DNA of 64,000 bases, taken from positions 659,231 through 723,230 of the forward strand of contig OZ241378.1 of assembly GCA_965200345.1 (NCBI GenBank). Reading direction: 5' to 3'. The position numbers and the translations under genes were made by a program. The notes below the pieces were generated by a model. It made no database searches, was not told the origin of the DNA, and saw only the letters and a program-made list of their open reading frames with translations. Positions 20,428-28,918 of the stretch are shown in pieces (the first letter of the stretch is position 1; each line of letters begins with the position of its first letter). This stretch comes from Candidatus Poribacteria bacterium. Its GTDB lineage: Bacteria; Poribacteria; WGA-4E; WGA-3G.

Positions 20428-21075
20428 ATGAATGCAAAGAGTTTAGTCGCTGAATTTGTTGGTACGTTTGCACTGATTTTTATCGGTGCTGGTGCATTGG
20501 CGATCACTCAAGCGAATTTAGTAGGGGTTGCACTCGCTCACGGCTTGGTGATTGTAACGTTTGCGTATGCGTATGGACACATTTCTGGCACACATATCAA
20601 TCCGGCTGTGACGCTTGGCTTGCTAATAGCGGGAGAGATTGAATTTGTCGCAGCGATAGGGTACTGGATTGTGCAATTTCTTGGCGGAATTTTGGGGGCG
20701 GTTGTGCTTAACGCTGTGCTACCGAATCCTGGCGATTTGGGTGTAACAATTTTGGCTGAAGGTGTTACCCCGGTTCAAGGGCTTGTCGTCGAAATCGTGC
20801 TCACTTTCTTCCTCGTCAATACCATTTTCAACACCGCTGTGAGTGGGAAGGCAGGCAATTTCGCTGGACTTGCAATTGGGCTCACACTGGTACTCTGTAT
20901 TCTAATGGGTGGTCCATTAACACGTGCCTCTCTCAATCCGGCACGTACATTGGGACCCGCTATCGTCAGTGGGAATTATGCGGATCTCTGGCTCTACTTC
21001 GTGGGACCGGGCGTCGGTGCGATCCTCGCCGCACTTCTCTATATCGGTGTTTTGAAAGACAAAGAGGAAGCATAG
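20428..21075 (+). CDS. aqpZ: MIP-family aquaporin
   Basis: Two NPA boxes are present ('HINPAVT' and 'SLNPART'). The SD is aaggag. Confidence 0.9.
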   Translation: MNAKSLVAEFVGTFALIFIGAGALAITQANLVGVALAHGLVIVTFAYAYGHISGTHINPAVTLGLLIAGEIEFVAAIGYWIVQFLGGILGAVVLNAVLPNPGDLGVTILAEGVTPVQGLVVEIVLTFFLVNTIFNTAVSGKAGNFAGLAIGLTLVLCILMGGPLTRASLNPARTLGPAIVSGNYADLWLYFVGPGVGAILAALLYIGVLKDKEEA

Positions 21076-21099
21076 TCCATTTATCGCGGACAAAAAGAG

Positions 21100-21134
21100 A
21101 AGGCTGGCACATTTACGCGCCAGCCTTTTTGTTT
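21100..21134. terminator. bidirectional intrinsic terminator between aqpZ and hsp20
   Basis: The stem AAGGCTGGC/GCCAGCCTT has T-runs on both strands. Confidence 0.7.
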
Positions 21135-21152
21135 GGTTTTAAGGGGTGTGTC

Positions 21153-21587
21153 TTAAGATGTCGTTGTAATCGGAACTTCGGTCGGTTTCGCTGCTTCCGG
21201 TTTCGGAATAGAGAGCGTCAACACACCGTTGCTGTATTCGGCTTTGATATCGTCTGTTGCCACTTCCGATGGGAGCGTGAATCTGCGTTGGAAACTCCCA
21301 TAACGGCGTTCAACTCGACGGTAGTTTTGGGTGTCATCACCTGCATTTTCCTGCCGCTTTTCTCCGCTGAGCGTCAAGAGGTTCTCTTTGACAGAGACGT
21401 GGAGATCGTCTTTTGCGACACCTGGCAATTCGGCGCGAACTTCAAATGTGTCGTCTGTTTCCGAAATATCAACCGAAGGTGCCCAGTTATATGTGCCTGC
21501 GTCGGTTTTTGCGTGCAGTGGTGCAAGGAACGGGCTGTAAAATCTGAATGGGTTTCTTGCCGGTCTGTGTAAAGTCAAATAAGTCAT
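21153..21587 (-). CDS. Hsp20/alpha-crystallin small heat-shock protein (copy 1)
   Basis: The ACD motifs 'ELPGV.KDD..V....N.L.ISGE' and 'FxRxFxLP' are present. The start MTYLT is preceded by AAGGAGAAAAAAAATG. Confidence 0.9.
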   Translation of the reverse strand: MTYLTLHRPARNPFRFYSPFLAPLHAKTDAGTYNWAPSVDISETDDTFEVRAELPGVAKDDLHVSVKENLLTLSGEKRQENAGDDTQNYRRVERRYGSFQRRFTLPSEVATDDIKAEYSNGVLTLSIPKPEAAKPTEVPITTTS

Positions 21588-21679
21588 TTTTTTTCTCCTT
21601 TGGATAACATGCTGTATGTGTGTTGTTGGACATGCCTCGCGTGTTCTATATAACAGACGAGGCACGTCCGAGTCTTAGA

Positions 21680-22132
21680 TTAGGAATTGACTGTAATCGG
21701 AACTTCAGTTGGTTTTGCTGCTTCCGCCTTCGGAATTCCGAGTGTCAAGACCCCATCTTTAAATTCCGCTTTGATAGCATCGGTTTCGATGTGTCTTGGC
21801 AACGTGAAACTTCTCTGGAAGCTGCCGTACCGCCTTTCAACACGGTGGTAGTTTTTGCCATCTGTCTCTGCTTCTTGATGTTTTTCACCTTTGATGGTAA
21901 GCAGATTGTCGGTTACAGAGACGTTAACATCGTTTTCGGATACGCCCGGCAGTTCAGCGCGGATCTCAAATCCGTTTTCCGTTTCAGAAATATCTACGGT
22001 AGGTATCCAAGCGGTGCTGTCCGTATCCGTTCCACCTTCGTGAGAATCGAAGAGATCGCTAAAAACCTTCTCCATCTGGTTGTGGAGGTTAAACAGGTTT
22101 CGCATCGGTCTGCGTGTTGTTAAGTAAGTCAT
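21680..22132 (-). CDS. Hsp20/alpha-crystallin small heat-shock protein (copy 2)
   Basis: It is a paralogue of copy 1 and has the same RBS/start context, AAGGAGAAAAAAAATGACTTA. Confidence 0.9.
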   Translation of the reverse strand: MTYLTTRRPMRNLFNLHNQMEKVFSDLFDSHEGGTDTDSTAWIPTVDISETENGFEIRAELPGVSENDVNVSVTDNLLTIKGEKHQEAETDGKNYHRVERRYGSFQRSFTLPRHIETDAIKAEFKDGVLTLGIPKAEAAKPTEVPITVNS

Positions 22133-22172
22133 TTTTTTTCTCCTTCTGAATTTTGTTTGTGTAAATGTTAGA

Positions 22173-22274
22173 TGCAAGTTCTGTGCCAAACAGGTTGCAA
22201 GTTTCATGCCAATTTTTTCAGAGGCAACCGACGATGTTGCCGTTCTGTTTGTATGTGAAGCAAATTCCGTGCCA
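22173..22274 (-). promoter_or_regulatory. three tandem sigma54 -24/-12 boxes upstream of hsp20 copy 2
   Basis: On the minus strand: TGGCAC-agaac-TTGCA (22188..22173), TGGCAT-gaaac-TTGCA (22211..22196) and TGGCAC-ggaat-TTGCT (22274..22259). Confidence 0.6.
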
Positions 22275-22417
22275 AAGCAGCTTCTCATCTGCTGACTGCC
22301 CACAGCGAGTGGTGTTTCCTAATCGCTGTAGGCGTAGGTCTTGTGCTTACCACGTGGGGACCCCATCTATATAACACGATTCATGGAAGAATAGAGAGGC
22401 GGTGTAGATTTGCCAAA

Positions 22418-22458
22418 TTGACATCACCCTTGCCACTGTGGCACTGAGGGCATGTCAA
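22418..22458. promoter_or_regulatory. 41-bp near-perfect palindrome (possible enhancer-binding-protein site or udk terminator hairpin)
   Basis: The sequence ttgacatcaccct-tgccac-t-gtggca-ctgagggcatgtcaa lies 150-250 bp upstream of the sigma54 boxes. Confidence 0.35.
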
Positions 22459-22496
22459 AATGGCTATGAAGGGGAAGGTACGCTTTCGACGCGCGT

Positions 22497-23150
22497 TTAT
22501 GAAGAAGTTTTGTTTTCCTGAATTCGGGCGCGGATTCCGGCAACGAGTGTGTGCAACGCAACCGGATTTTCGTTTTGGAATGGGATCACCAAATCTGCGT
22601 ACTGTTTGCAAGGTTCGGTGTAGACAGGAAAGTTGGGCAGAACATCGCGCCGGTACCAGTTGATCGCCCACTCCAGATCGCCGCCGCGCCGTGCAACATC
22701 ACGGAGCATCCGTCGCAAGACGCGCTCGTGGGCATCTACATCAAGGAATAGTTTGATGTCCATCAAGTTACGTAAGTCTTCACTCCAGAAGATAAGATGT
22801 CCTTCTACAATGACAACATCGCTGGGTTGAACACTGGTCTGTTCGTCCCCGCGTTGGGCACCGCGGGTGCCCGGGGTCGGCACGTCAATAGCGTCTCTGG
22901 CACGCAGTTTCTTGATGTCTGTAATAAGGGCATCCCATAGAACAGCATCCGGGTGATTCGCGGTAATTACGCGTTCTCGCTCTGCTTCGGAGTATTCTGA
23001 CCAGTCCCGAAAATAAGAATCTTGGTTTAGCACAACGGGCGAAAATTCCGCGAGGGCTTCCGCCAAAGCATTGGCAAATGTCGTTTTCCCAGAAGCGGAG
23101 CCGCCCATAATCCCAACAGTGATAGGTGTGAAAGACTTTTCTTTTGGCAT
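22497..23150 (-). CDS. udk: uridine kinase
   Basis: The P-loop 'GIMGGSASGKTT' and the uridine kinase/PRK family pattern are present. An ATG lies at 23150. Confidence 0.8.
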   Translation of the reverse strand: MPKEKSFTPITVGIMGGSASGKTTFANALAEALAEFSPVVLNQDSYFRDWSEYSEAERERVITANHPDAVLWDALITDIKKLRARDAIDVPTPGTRGAQRGDEQTSVQPSDVVIVEGHLIFWSEDLRNLMDIKLFLDVDAHERVLRRMLRDVARRGGDLEWAINWYRRDVLPNFPVYTEPCKQYADLVIPFQNENPVALHTLVAGIRARIQENKTSS

Positions 23151-23349
23151 AGTTTCTCCGTCTACATTATGTTGTAAGAGTTCAGTTCTGTATGTTAACA
23201 TACATCAGTTCGAGGGTCAAGACTATTGTGGACATTTATCAGAATTATTCAGTTGTCAGCAGTCAGAGGTTTTAAACCTCATCAGCGAAGTTTTACAGAG
23301 TCTGGACTTGGAGGCTGCGACACTTACTGACAACTATTAAAAAAGAAAT

Positions 23350-23378
23350 TTGACTTGCATAAAAAAATGTGTTATTAT
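23350..23378 (+). promoter_or_regulatory. sigma70 promoter TTGACT-17-TATTAT for the aroF leader
   Basis: The hexamers were read directly. The promoter lies about 490 nt upstream of aroF. Confidence 0.55.
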
Positions 23379-23551
23379 ATATTTTAAAGTCAGTGGTAGA
23401 GGATGCTACTGTTCAGAAAGTTTAAAGCGGATAGCGTAGTTTCTCTATTACAATGACTAAACGTTTTTTTTTAATAATGTCTTAGTAGTATAGGATTGTT
23501 TTTGAGATGTTGCGGGCATGTTTTTTGTTGCCCGATTCGGGGAGCTTGATA

Positions 23552-23734
23552 ATGCGAATGCTTGAACGCAATACCATCGCAATACAGATAACCGGTGTAG
23601 GGCTCGTTCAGGACCTTTCTTTCTACGCTTGGGCCTTTTTAGCGCGACTTGCAAGCAGCAGTTTGCTGTTAAAAGGCGCGTTGGCGTTTTATCTGTATCT
23701 GTACTTATATTGGTACGGCAACGATAGGTGGTGA
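23552..23734 (+). CDS. candidate aromatic-rich leader peptide (ends ...AFYLYLYLYWYGNDRW)
   Basis: The SD GGGGAG lies 7 nt before the ATG at 23552. Aromatic codons cluster at 23621..23638 (FYAWAF) and 23687..23731 (F, 5 Y, 2 W). The exact start is uncertain, because there are in-frame ATGs at 23507, 23552 and 23558. Confidence 0.35.
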   Translation: MRMLERNTIAIQITGVGLVQDLSFYAWAFLARLASSSLLLKGALAFYLYLYLYWYGNDRW

Positions 23735-23786
23735 AAGTTCGTAGGTAATGTCTCAATTGTATGATTAACCGATTCCAGTGTCGCCA

Positions 23787-23828
23787 CCCAGCGTTGAAGA
23801 TAAATTCGATGTTGGGTTATTTTTTTTA
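23787..23828 (+). terminator. intrinsic terminator (putative attenuator) just upstream of aroF
   Basis: A 12-bp stem cccagcgttgaa/ttcgatgttggg (three G-U pairs) with a 6-nt loop is followed by TTATTTTTTTT. Confidence 0.55.
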
Positions 23829-23871
23829 ACCGAATTTGATTTGGGATAGATAGAGTTTTTCTGGGAGGTAG

Positions 23872-24897
23872 TTGAAAAGGATGGTAATCGTTACCAAGAC
23901 CGATGCAACACAATCAGATATTGATGCTGTTGTAAAACGGATCGAAAGTGTTGGGTTGAAAGCACAAATCTCAACCGGCGAACGGCACACGGTCATCGGT
24001 GTCATAGGAGATAAAACATTGCTTGGTGATATTCCGATAGAGTCAATGTCCGGTGTTGAACGAACGATGCCGATTACAGCACCGTTCAAGTTGGCGAGCC
24101 GCGAATTTCGGGAAGAACCAACAGTTATTGCAGTGAATGGCACAAAGATTGGTGGAAAGCAGTTGCCTGTTATCGCTGGTCCCTGTGCAGTAGAGAGCAC
24201 AGAACAAATTGTGACTATTGCTCGGTTGGTTCAAAAATCGGGCGCGAGTTTCATCAGAGGCGGTGCGTTTAAGCCGAGAACGGGGCCTTATAGTTTCCAA
24301 GGCTACGGTGAAAGTGCTCTCAAGATGCTAAAAGCAGCGAAAGACGAAACGGGACTCGGTATCGTCACTGAAGTTATGACGCCACACGAGGTGGAACTCG
24401 TCGGGGAATACACAGATATGTTCCAACTCGGCACTCGGAACATGACAAATTTTTACCTGTTACGTGAGGTCGGCCGCGCGCAGAAACCCGTAATTCTCAA
24501 GCGCGGGATGTCCGCGACAATCGAAGAATGGCTGCTTGCTGCCGAATATATTCTCGCAGAAGGAAACCCAGATGTTATCCTATGCGAACGTGGTATTCGT
24601 ACATTTGAAACCCATACACGTAACACACTTGACCTGAACGCGGTGCCCGTCGTTCACGAATTGAGCCACCTTCCAATTGTCGTTGACCCAAGCCACGGCA
24701 CCGGTATTCGGAGTTTGGTGTGTGATATGACGAAGGCATCTGTCGCTGCAGGCGCCGATGGACTGTTACTTGAGGTACATCATGATCCTGATCATTCAAT
24801 GACAGGAGATGGGGCACAATCGTTGTTCCCAGATCAATTTGAGACGCTCATGCAGGAACTGAAACCTATTGCGATCGCTGTCGGTCGTGAAATGTAA
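23872..24897 (+). CDS. aroF: 3-deoxy-7-phosphoheptulonate (DAHP) synthase, type I-beta with N-terminal ferredoxin-like/ACT regulatory domain
   Basis: The layout resembles Thermotoga-type DAHPS: an N-terminal regulatory domain followed by 'VIAGPCAVES', 'KPRT' and 'VDPSH'. The start is TTG 23872 or ATG 23881. Confidence 0.9.
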   Translation: MKRMVIVTKTDATQSDIDAVVKRIESVGLKAQISTGERHTVIGVIGDKTLLGDIPIESMSGVERTMPITAPFKLASREFREEPTVIAVNGTKIGGKQLPVIAGPCAVESTEQIVTIARLVQKSGASFIRGGAFKPRTGPYSFQGYGESALKMLKAAKDETGLGIVTEVMTPHEVELVGEYTDMFQLGTRNMTNFYLLREVGRAQKPVILKRGMSATIEEWLLAAEYILAEGNPDVILCERGIRTFETHTRNTLDLNAVPVVHELSHLPIVVDPSHGTGIRSLVCDMTKASVAAGADGLLLEVHHDPDHSMTGDGAQSLFPDQFETLMQELKPIAIAVGREM

Positions 24898-25072
24898 TTT
24901 TTTAACGATTGAGTTTTTGCTCATTTTTTGCCGATGGCAAAAAATGGTTTTCGATGAAGTTGGCGGTGTTGGTTATGTTATGTTGTCTGATGCTTTTAAA
25001 CTTGAGGGTAACCTTTTGATAGCATCAGACTTCCGTCGTAACTTGCAAACTTTATCTATCCGTGATTAAAAT

Positions 25073-26641
25073 TTGGAGGAAAGAGCCTTGGACGATTTTG
25101 AAACCAACCAGCAGAAAGTCTATATTTTTGATACAACGCTCCGTGATGCCGAGCAGACCCCCGGTGCTGCTCTGGGTATCCAGGAAAAACTCGAAATTGC
25201 CAAGCACCTCGCCAAATTAAATGTTGATGTCATTGAAGCCGGATTCCCCATCTCCTCACCGGGCGATTTCGACGCTGTCAAACGGATAGCAAATGAGGTT
25301 GAAGGTCCGGAAATTTGCGCGCTCTCTCGCGTTGTAGAGAAAGACATTACTGCGGCATGGAAAGCGATTGAGGACGCGCCGCGCGCCCGTATCCACACGT
25401 TTGTCGGTACATCACCTATCCACATGGGACGTATCACGCGAACGACACCGGAAGATACACTCCGGATGGCAACGGATGCTGTCGCCTATGCTAAGCGTCT
25501 CTGTGAAGGACACGCAGATGCGAATGTGGAATTCTCGCCGATGGACGCGGGACGGACAGAATTGGCGTTCCTTTATGAGGTCGTTGAAGCAACTATCGCC
25601 GCAGGCGCGACCGTCGTCAATATCCCGGAAACCGTCGGGTGGACAGTCCCAACGGAATTTGGCGACCTGATTAAAGGCATCATGGAAAATGTCCCGAACG
25701 TTGCCGATGCCATTATCAGTGTTCACTGTCATAACGACCTCGGCTTGGCGGTGGCGAACAGTCTGATCGCGATTGAGCAAGGCGCGCGTCAGGTAGAATG
25801 TACAATCAACGGACTCGGGGAACGTGCAGGGAACACCTCGCTTGAAGAGGTCGTCATGGCAATCCGAACTCGGCGAGACTATTTCAAAGAATATTACACC
25901 GAGATTAACGCAAAAGAGATCGTCCCGATTAGTCGGCGTGTCAGCCGAACGATGGGTATCTCTGTGCAACCGAACAAAGCGATTGTCGGCGCGAACGCCT
26001 TCGCACACAGTTCGGGTATCCATCAGGACGGGATCATCAAATCACGAGTAACGTTTGAAATCATTGATCCGAAAGAGATCGGTTGGAAAGAGAGTCAACT
26101 CATCCTCAGTCCTCGGTCGGGACGCAACGCACTCAGACACCGACTCAGCGAACTCGGCTACGAAGTGGACGCTGAACAGTTAGACAAAGTCTATGAAAGA
26201 TTCCTGAGGGTCGCTGATAAAAAGAAAGCGGTGCAGGATGCTGACCTTGAGGCGATCATGAGCGATGAGATTCGCGCAATCCCTGCTGTCTTTGAACTTG
26301 ATTATATTCAAGTCGTCAGCGGAACGAAAATTTCACCGACAACAACAGTCGGAATTCGGACGGAAGACGGCGTTGTTGAAAAAGCGTCAACTGGTGATGG
26401 ACCTGTTGATGCTGCGTTTAAGGCGATTGGTCAGGTTGTTGATATTCAACTGAATCTCATTGACTATCAGATCCGTTCTGTAACCGAAGGCGAAGACGCT
26501 ATCGGTGAAGTCTCATTGAAGGTACAGGATAATGGACACATCATCACCGGACACGGTGCCAGCACAGACATCATCGAAGCGAGTGCGCGTGCATACATCC
26601 ACGCTGTTAACAAGTTAATCCAGATCCGGTCTGAAGGGTAA
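25073..26641 (+). CDS. leuA: 2-isopropylmalate synthase
   Basis: 'FDTTLRDAEQ', 'HCHNDLGLAVANS' and a C-terminal LeuA dimerisation domain are present. The start is TTG after the SD ggagga. Confidence 0.9.
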   Translation: MEERALDDFETNQQKVYIFDTTLRDAEQTPGAALGIQEKLEIAKHLAKLNVDVIEAGFPISSPGDFDAVKRIANEVEGPEICALSRVVEKDITAAWKAIEDAPRARIHTFVGTSPIHMGRITRTTPEDTLRMATDAVAYAKRLCEGHADANVEFSPMDAGRTELAFLYEVVEATIAAGATVVNIPETVGWTVPTEFGDLIKGIMENVPNVADAIISVHCHNDLGLAVANSLIAIEQGARQVECTINGLGERAGNTSLEEVVMAIRTRRDYFKEYYTEINAKEIVPISRRVSRTMGISVQPNKAIVGANAFAHSSGIHQDGIIKSRVTFEIIDPKEIGWKESQLILSPRSGRNALRHRLSELGYEVDAEQLDKVYERFLRVADKKKAVQDADLEAIMSDEIRAIPAVFELDYIQVVSGTKISPTTTVGIRTEDGVVEKASTGDGPVDAAFKAIGQVVDIQLNLIDYQIRSVTEGEDAIGEVSLKVQDNGHIITGHGASTDIIEASARAYIHAVNKLIQIRSEG

Positions 26642-26781
26642 GAGCGTCGGGATTTACGCAAAGGCATTTGCTGGCGAGGTTTCAACCTCGCCAGCGGCGC
26701 GTTATGGAAAGGTTGCTTAAAACGGGATAAATTTTGTCAACGATAATCTATCTTGACACGAGTTTTTGTGGGGGAAATTCA

Positions 26782-27222
26782 ATGTTGAGAACATCGTTCG
26801 TATACATATTAGTCATTGTGTCTTTCATTTCCATAGGATGTGGAAAGATAGGTGTATCTCAACGAGATACAAGCGATCCAAATGTTACCCTGTCTTTCAC
26901 AGAGGTATTAAACGATCCGGAAACGTACATAGATAAGGTATTAACCTTTGAGGCAGTTGTAAAGCGCACACGTTATGGAAGTGATATAGAGTTATACACT
27001 AACAAGAAGCTTAGACAATTTTCCATTACCACGCATGGTGCTGATATTCATAGCATAGATGAAAATGGCGAGGAAGTGGAAATTTTTCCGAATGAGAAAT
27101 ATAGATTCAAATGTAGGATTTACGAGATTAAGATTGATCAGCACGGTATATGGGATATTCAAGCTGAATTTATTGTTTCAGATGAAAAGCATATATTGCA
27201 TCAACCGGAACTTGTGAACTAA
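26782..27222 (+). CDS. hypothetical lipoprotein (AT-rich orphan)
   Basis: The lipobox 'FISIGCGK' is present. I recognise no family. Confidence 0.5.
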   Translation: MLRTSFVYILVIVSFISIGCGKIGVSQRDTSDPNVTLSFTEVLNDPETYIDKVLTFEAVVKRTRYGSDIELYTNKKLRQFSITTHGADIHSIDENGEEVEIFPNEKYRFKCRIYEIKIDQHGIWDIQAEFIVSDEKHILHQPELVN

Positions 27223-27254
27223 AGGGATAAATCTTTTTCAATAGTGATATGTCA

Positions 27255-27290
27255 AGCCCTGTCGGATGCTCCAACAGGGCTTTTTTTTTA
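27255..27290. terminator. bidirectional intrinsic terminator
   Basis: The stem AGCCCTGT/ACAGGGCT is followed by T9. It lies between convergent genes. Confidence 0.75.
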
Positions 27291-27307
27291 CTGTATTCTA
27301 TGGAAAA

Positions 27308-28795
27308 TTACCAATCCTCAACCAGTTGCACCAATAACCGCACGCCGTAGCCGGACGCCCCTTCAGGGATATACGTAGAGCCTTTCATCCCCCAAGCAGT
27401 GCCAGCGATGTCGAGGTGTACCCACGGGTAGCCTTCCGCGAACTTCTTCAAAAACGCGCCCCCGGCAATCGTGCCAGCCGTGCCGTCGCCTATGTTCTGC
27501 ACATCTGCGACTTTGCTTTTGACCCCTTCATCGTAATCGTCCCAAAGTGGTAATTCCCAAACGCGTTCATGCGTCTTTACGGCTGCCGATTTCACTTTCG
27601 CCATGAGTTCTGGATCTGTCCCCAGTGCCCCCGCTGCGATATGTCCTAAAGTACCGATCACAGCACCGGTGAGCGTGGCTAAGTCGATAACGCCTTTGGG
27701 GTTATACTGTGCCGTCCATCCGAGCGCATCTGCCAATACCAAACGTCCCTCAGCATCGGTGTTAAGAATCTCAATCGTTTTGCCGCCATAAGAGGTGACG
27801 ACATCGCCGGGCTTAACCGCAGTGCCACTCGGCATATTTTCGGTCGCGGCAACTAAGCCGATGACACGCACATTCGGTTTGAGTTGACCGATGACTTGCA
27901 TCGCGCCGATTACAGCAGCAGCACCCGACATGTCGTGTTTCATCTCATGCATACCGCTTCCGCCTTTGATCGAGATCCCGCCTGTGTCAAAGGTAATCCC
28001 TTTTCCAACAAGCACGACAGTATCTTGTCCTTCACCATCAGGCGTGTATTCGAGAATAATAAAGCGCGGCTCTTCAGCACTCCCTTGCGCGACGGCAAGG
28101 AGTGTACGGAACCCTTTTTCTTCGAGGGTGGCTTTGTCAAAAATTTCGCAACCGAGTCCTGTTGTCTCTGCTACCGCTTCTGCCTTTTCAGCGAGTTGCG
28201 TCGGCGTGAGATAATTTGCGGGTTGGTTGCTCAAATCACGGGCGAGCAGTGTACCGTTAGCGATTACTTCTCCGCGCTGGGCTGCTGCTTCTACCGTGGC
28301 CTGACTGTGATCACTTTCAGTTAAGAATGTGATGGATTCAAGTTTTTTCTTTTCGTCTTCATCATCGTTTCCGGTTTTGTGTTCATCGAACTGATAGAGT
28401 GCGAGCAAGGAGGCTTCCGCTGCGGCTTGTATCATTTCAGGGGTGGCTTCGTTTGGCATCGGAACAGCGGCGTTTCTTAAACCCATATCCCGGATCGTCC
28501 GCACGGCGTGGCCGGCTGTCTGGCGGACTTTTTCGGTAGTCAGGTCGTGATACTCACCCAAACCTACCAGTAGCACGCGAGGCGCGGTTATCGCACCGTT
28601 TGTATAGAGCCAACTCGTCGTTTTCAACTTGCCTGTGAAATCGCCGAGGTTCATTCTTTCGCGAATGCGTCCACCGAGTGCTTGATCTATAGTTTGAAGT
28701 GGAGCACTATAGAAATCCGGATTCTCCAGCACACCGATGGCAATCACATCGCTCTGTTCTTGGTTAAACCCACCCGTTTTGACAGTAATATTCAT
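27308..28795 (-). CDS. pepA: leucyl aminopeptidase, family M17
   Basis: 'NTDAEGRLVLAD' and 'VGKGITFDTGG' are present. Confidence 0.9.
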   Translation of the reverse strand: MNITVKTGGFNQEQSDVIAIGVLENPDFYSAPLQTIDQALGGRIRERMNLGDFTGKLKTTSWLYTNGAITAPRVLLVGLGEYHDLTTEKVRQTAGHAVRTIRDMGLRNAAVPMPNEATPEMIQAAAEASLLALYQFDEHKTGNDDEDEKKKLESITFLTESDHSQATVEAAAQRGEVIANGTLLARDLSNQPANYLTPTQLAEKAEAVAETTGLGCEIFDKATLEEKGFRTLLAVAQGSAEEPRFIILEYTPDGEGQDTVVLVGKGITFDTGGISIKGGSGMHEMKHDMSGAAAVIGAMQVIGQLKPNVRVIGLVAATENMPSGTAVKPGDVVTSYGGKTIEILNTDAEGRLVLADALGWTAQYNPKGVIDLATLTGAVIGTLGHIAAGALGTDPELMAKVKSAAVKTHERVWELPLWDDYDEGVKSKVADVQNIGDGTAGTIAGGAFLKKFAEGYPWVHLDIAGTAWGMKGSTYIPEGASGYGVRLLVQLVEDW

Positions 28796-28918
28796 AAATT
28801 TTCCTTTCTATTTTGTTGTCTGAACCAGGATTCCGGAAATGAAAAGAATTACAGACATTTTCTAATTGACGAGGTTCTTTTCCTATAGGACTTTAATCTT
28901 ACGTAAATCCTCAATTTT

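Noticed and set aside
22440-22456. A fourth sigma54 box at TGGCAC-tgagg-GCATG on the plus strand.
   Set aside because: The -12 element is out of register with TTGCW, and the sequence is better explained as half of the 41-bp palindrome.
24924-24944. The hairpin TTTTTTGCC-gat-GGCAAAAAA after aroF, and the stem ctgatgct...agcatcag (24979..25029), considered as a leuA leader, T-box or Leu attenuator.
   Set aside because: There is no Leu-codon-rich mini-ORF, no T-box consensus and no convincing terminator tract. The evidence is too weak to call more than a possible aroF 3' hairpin.
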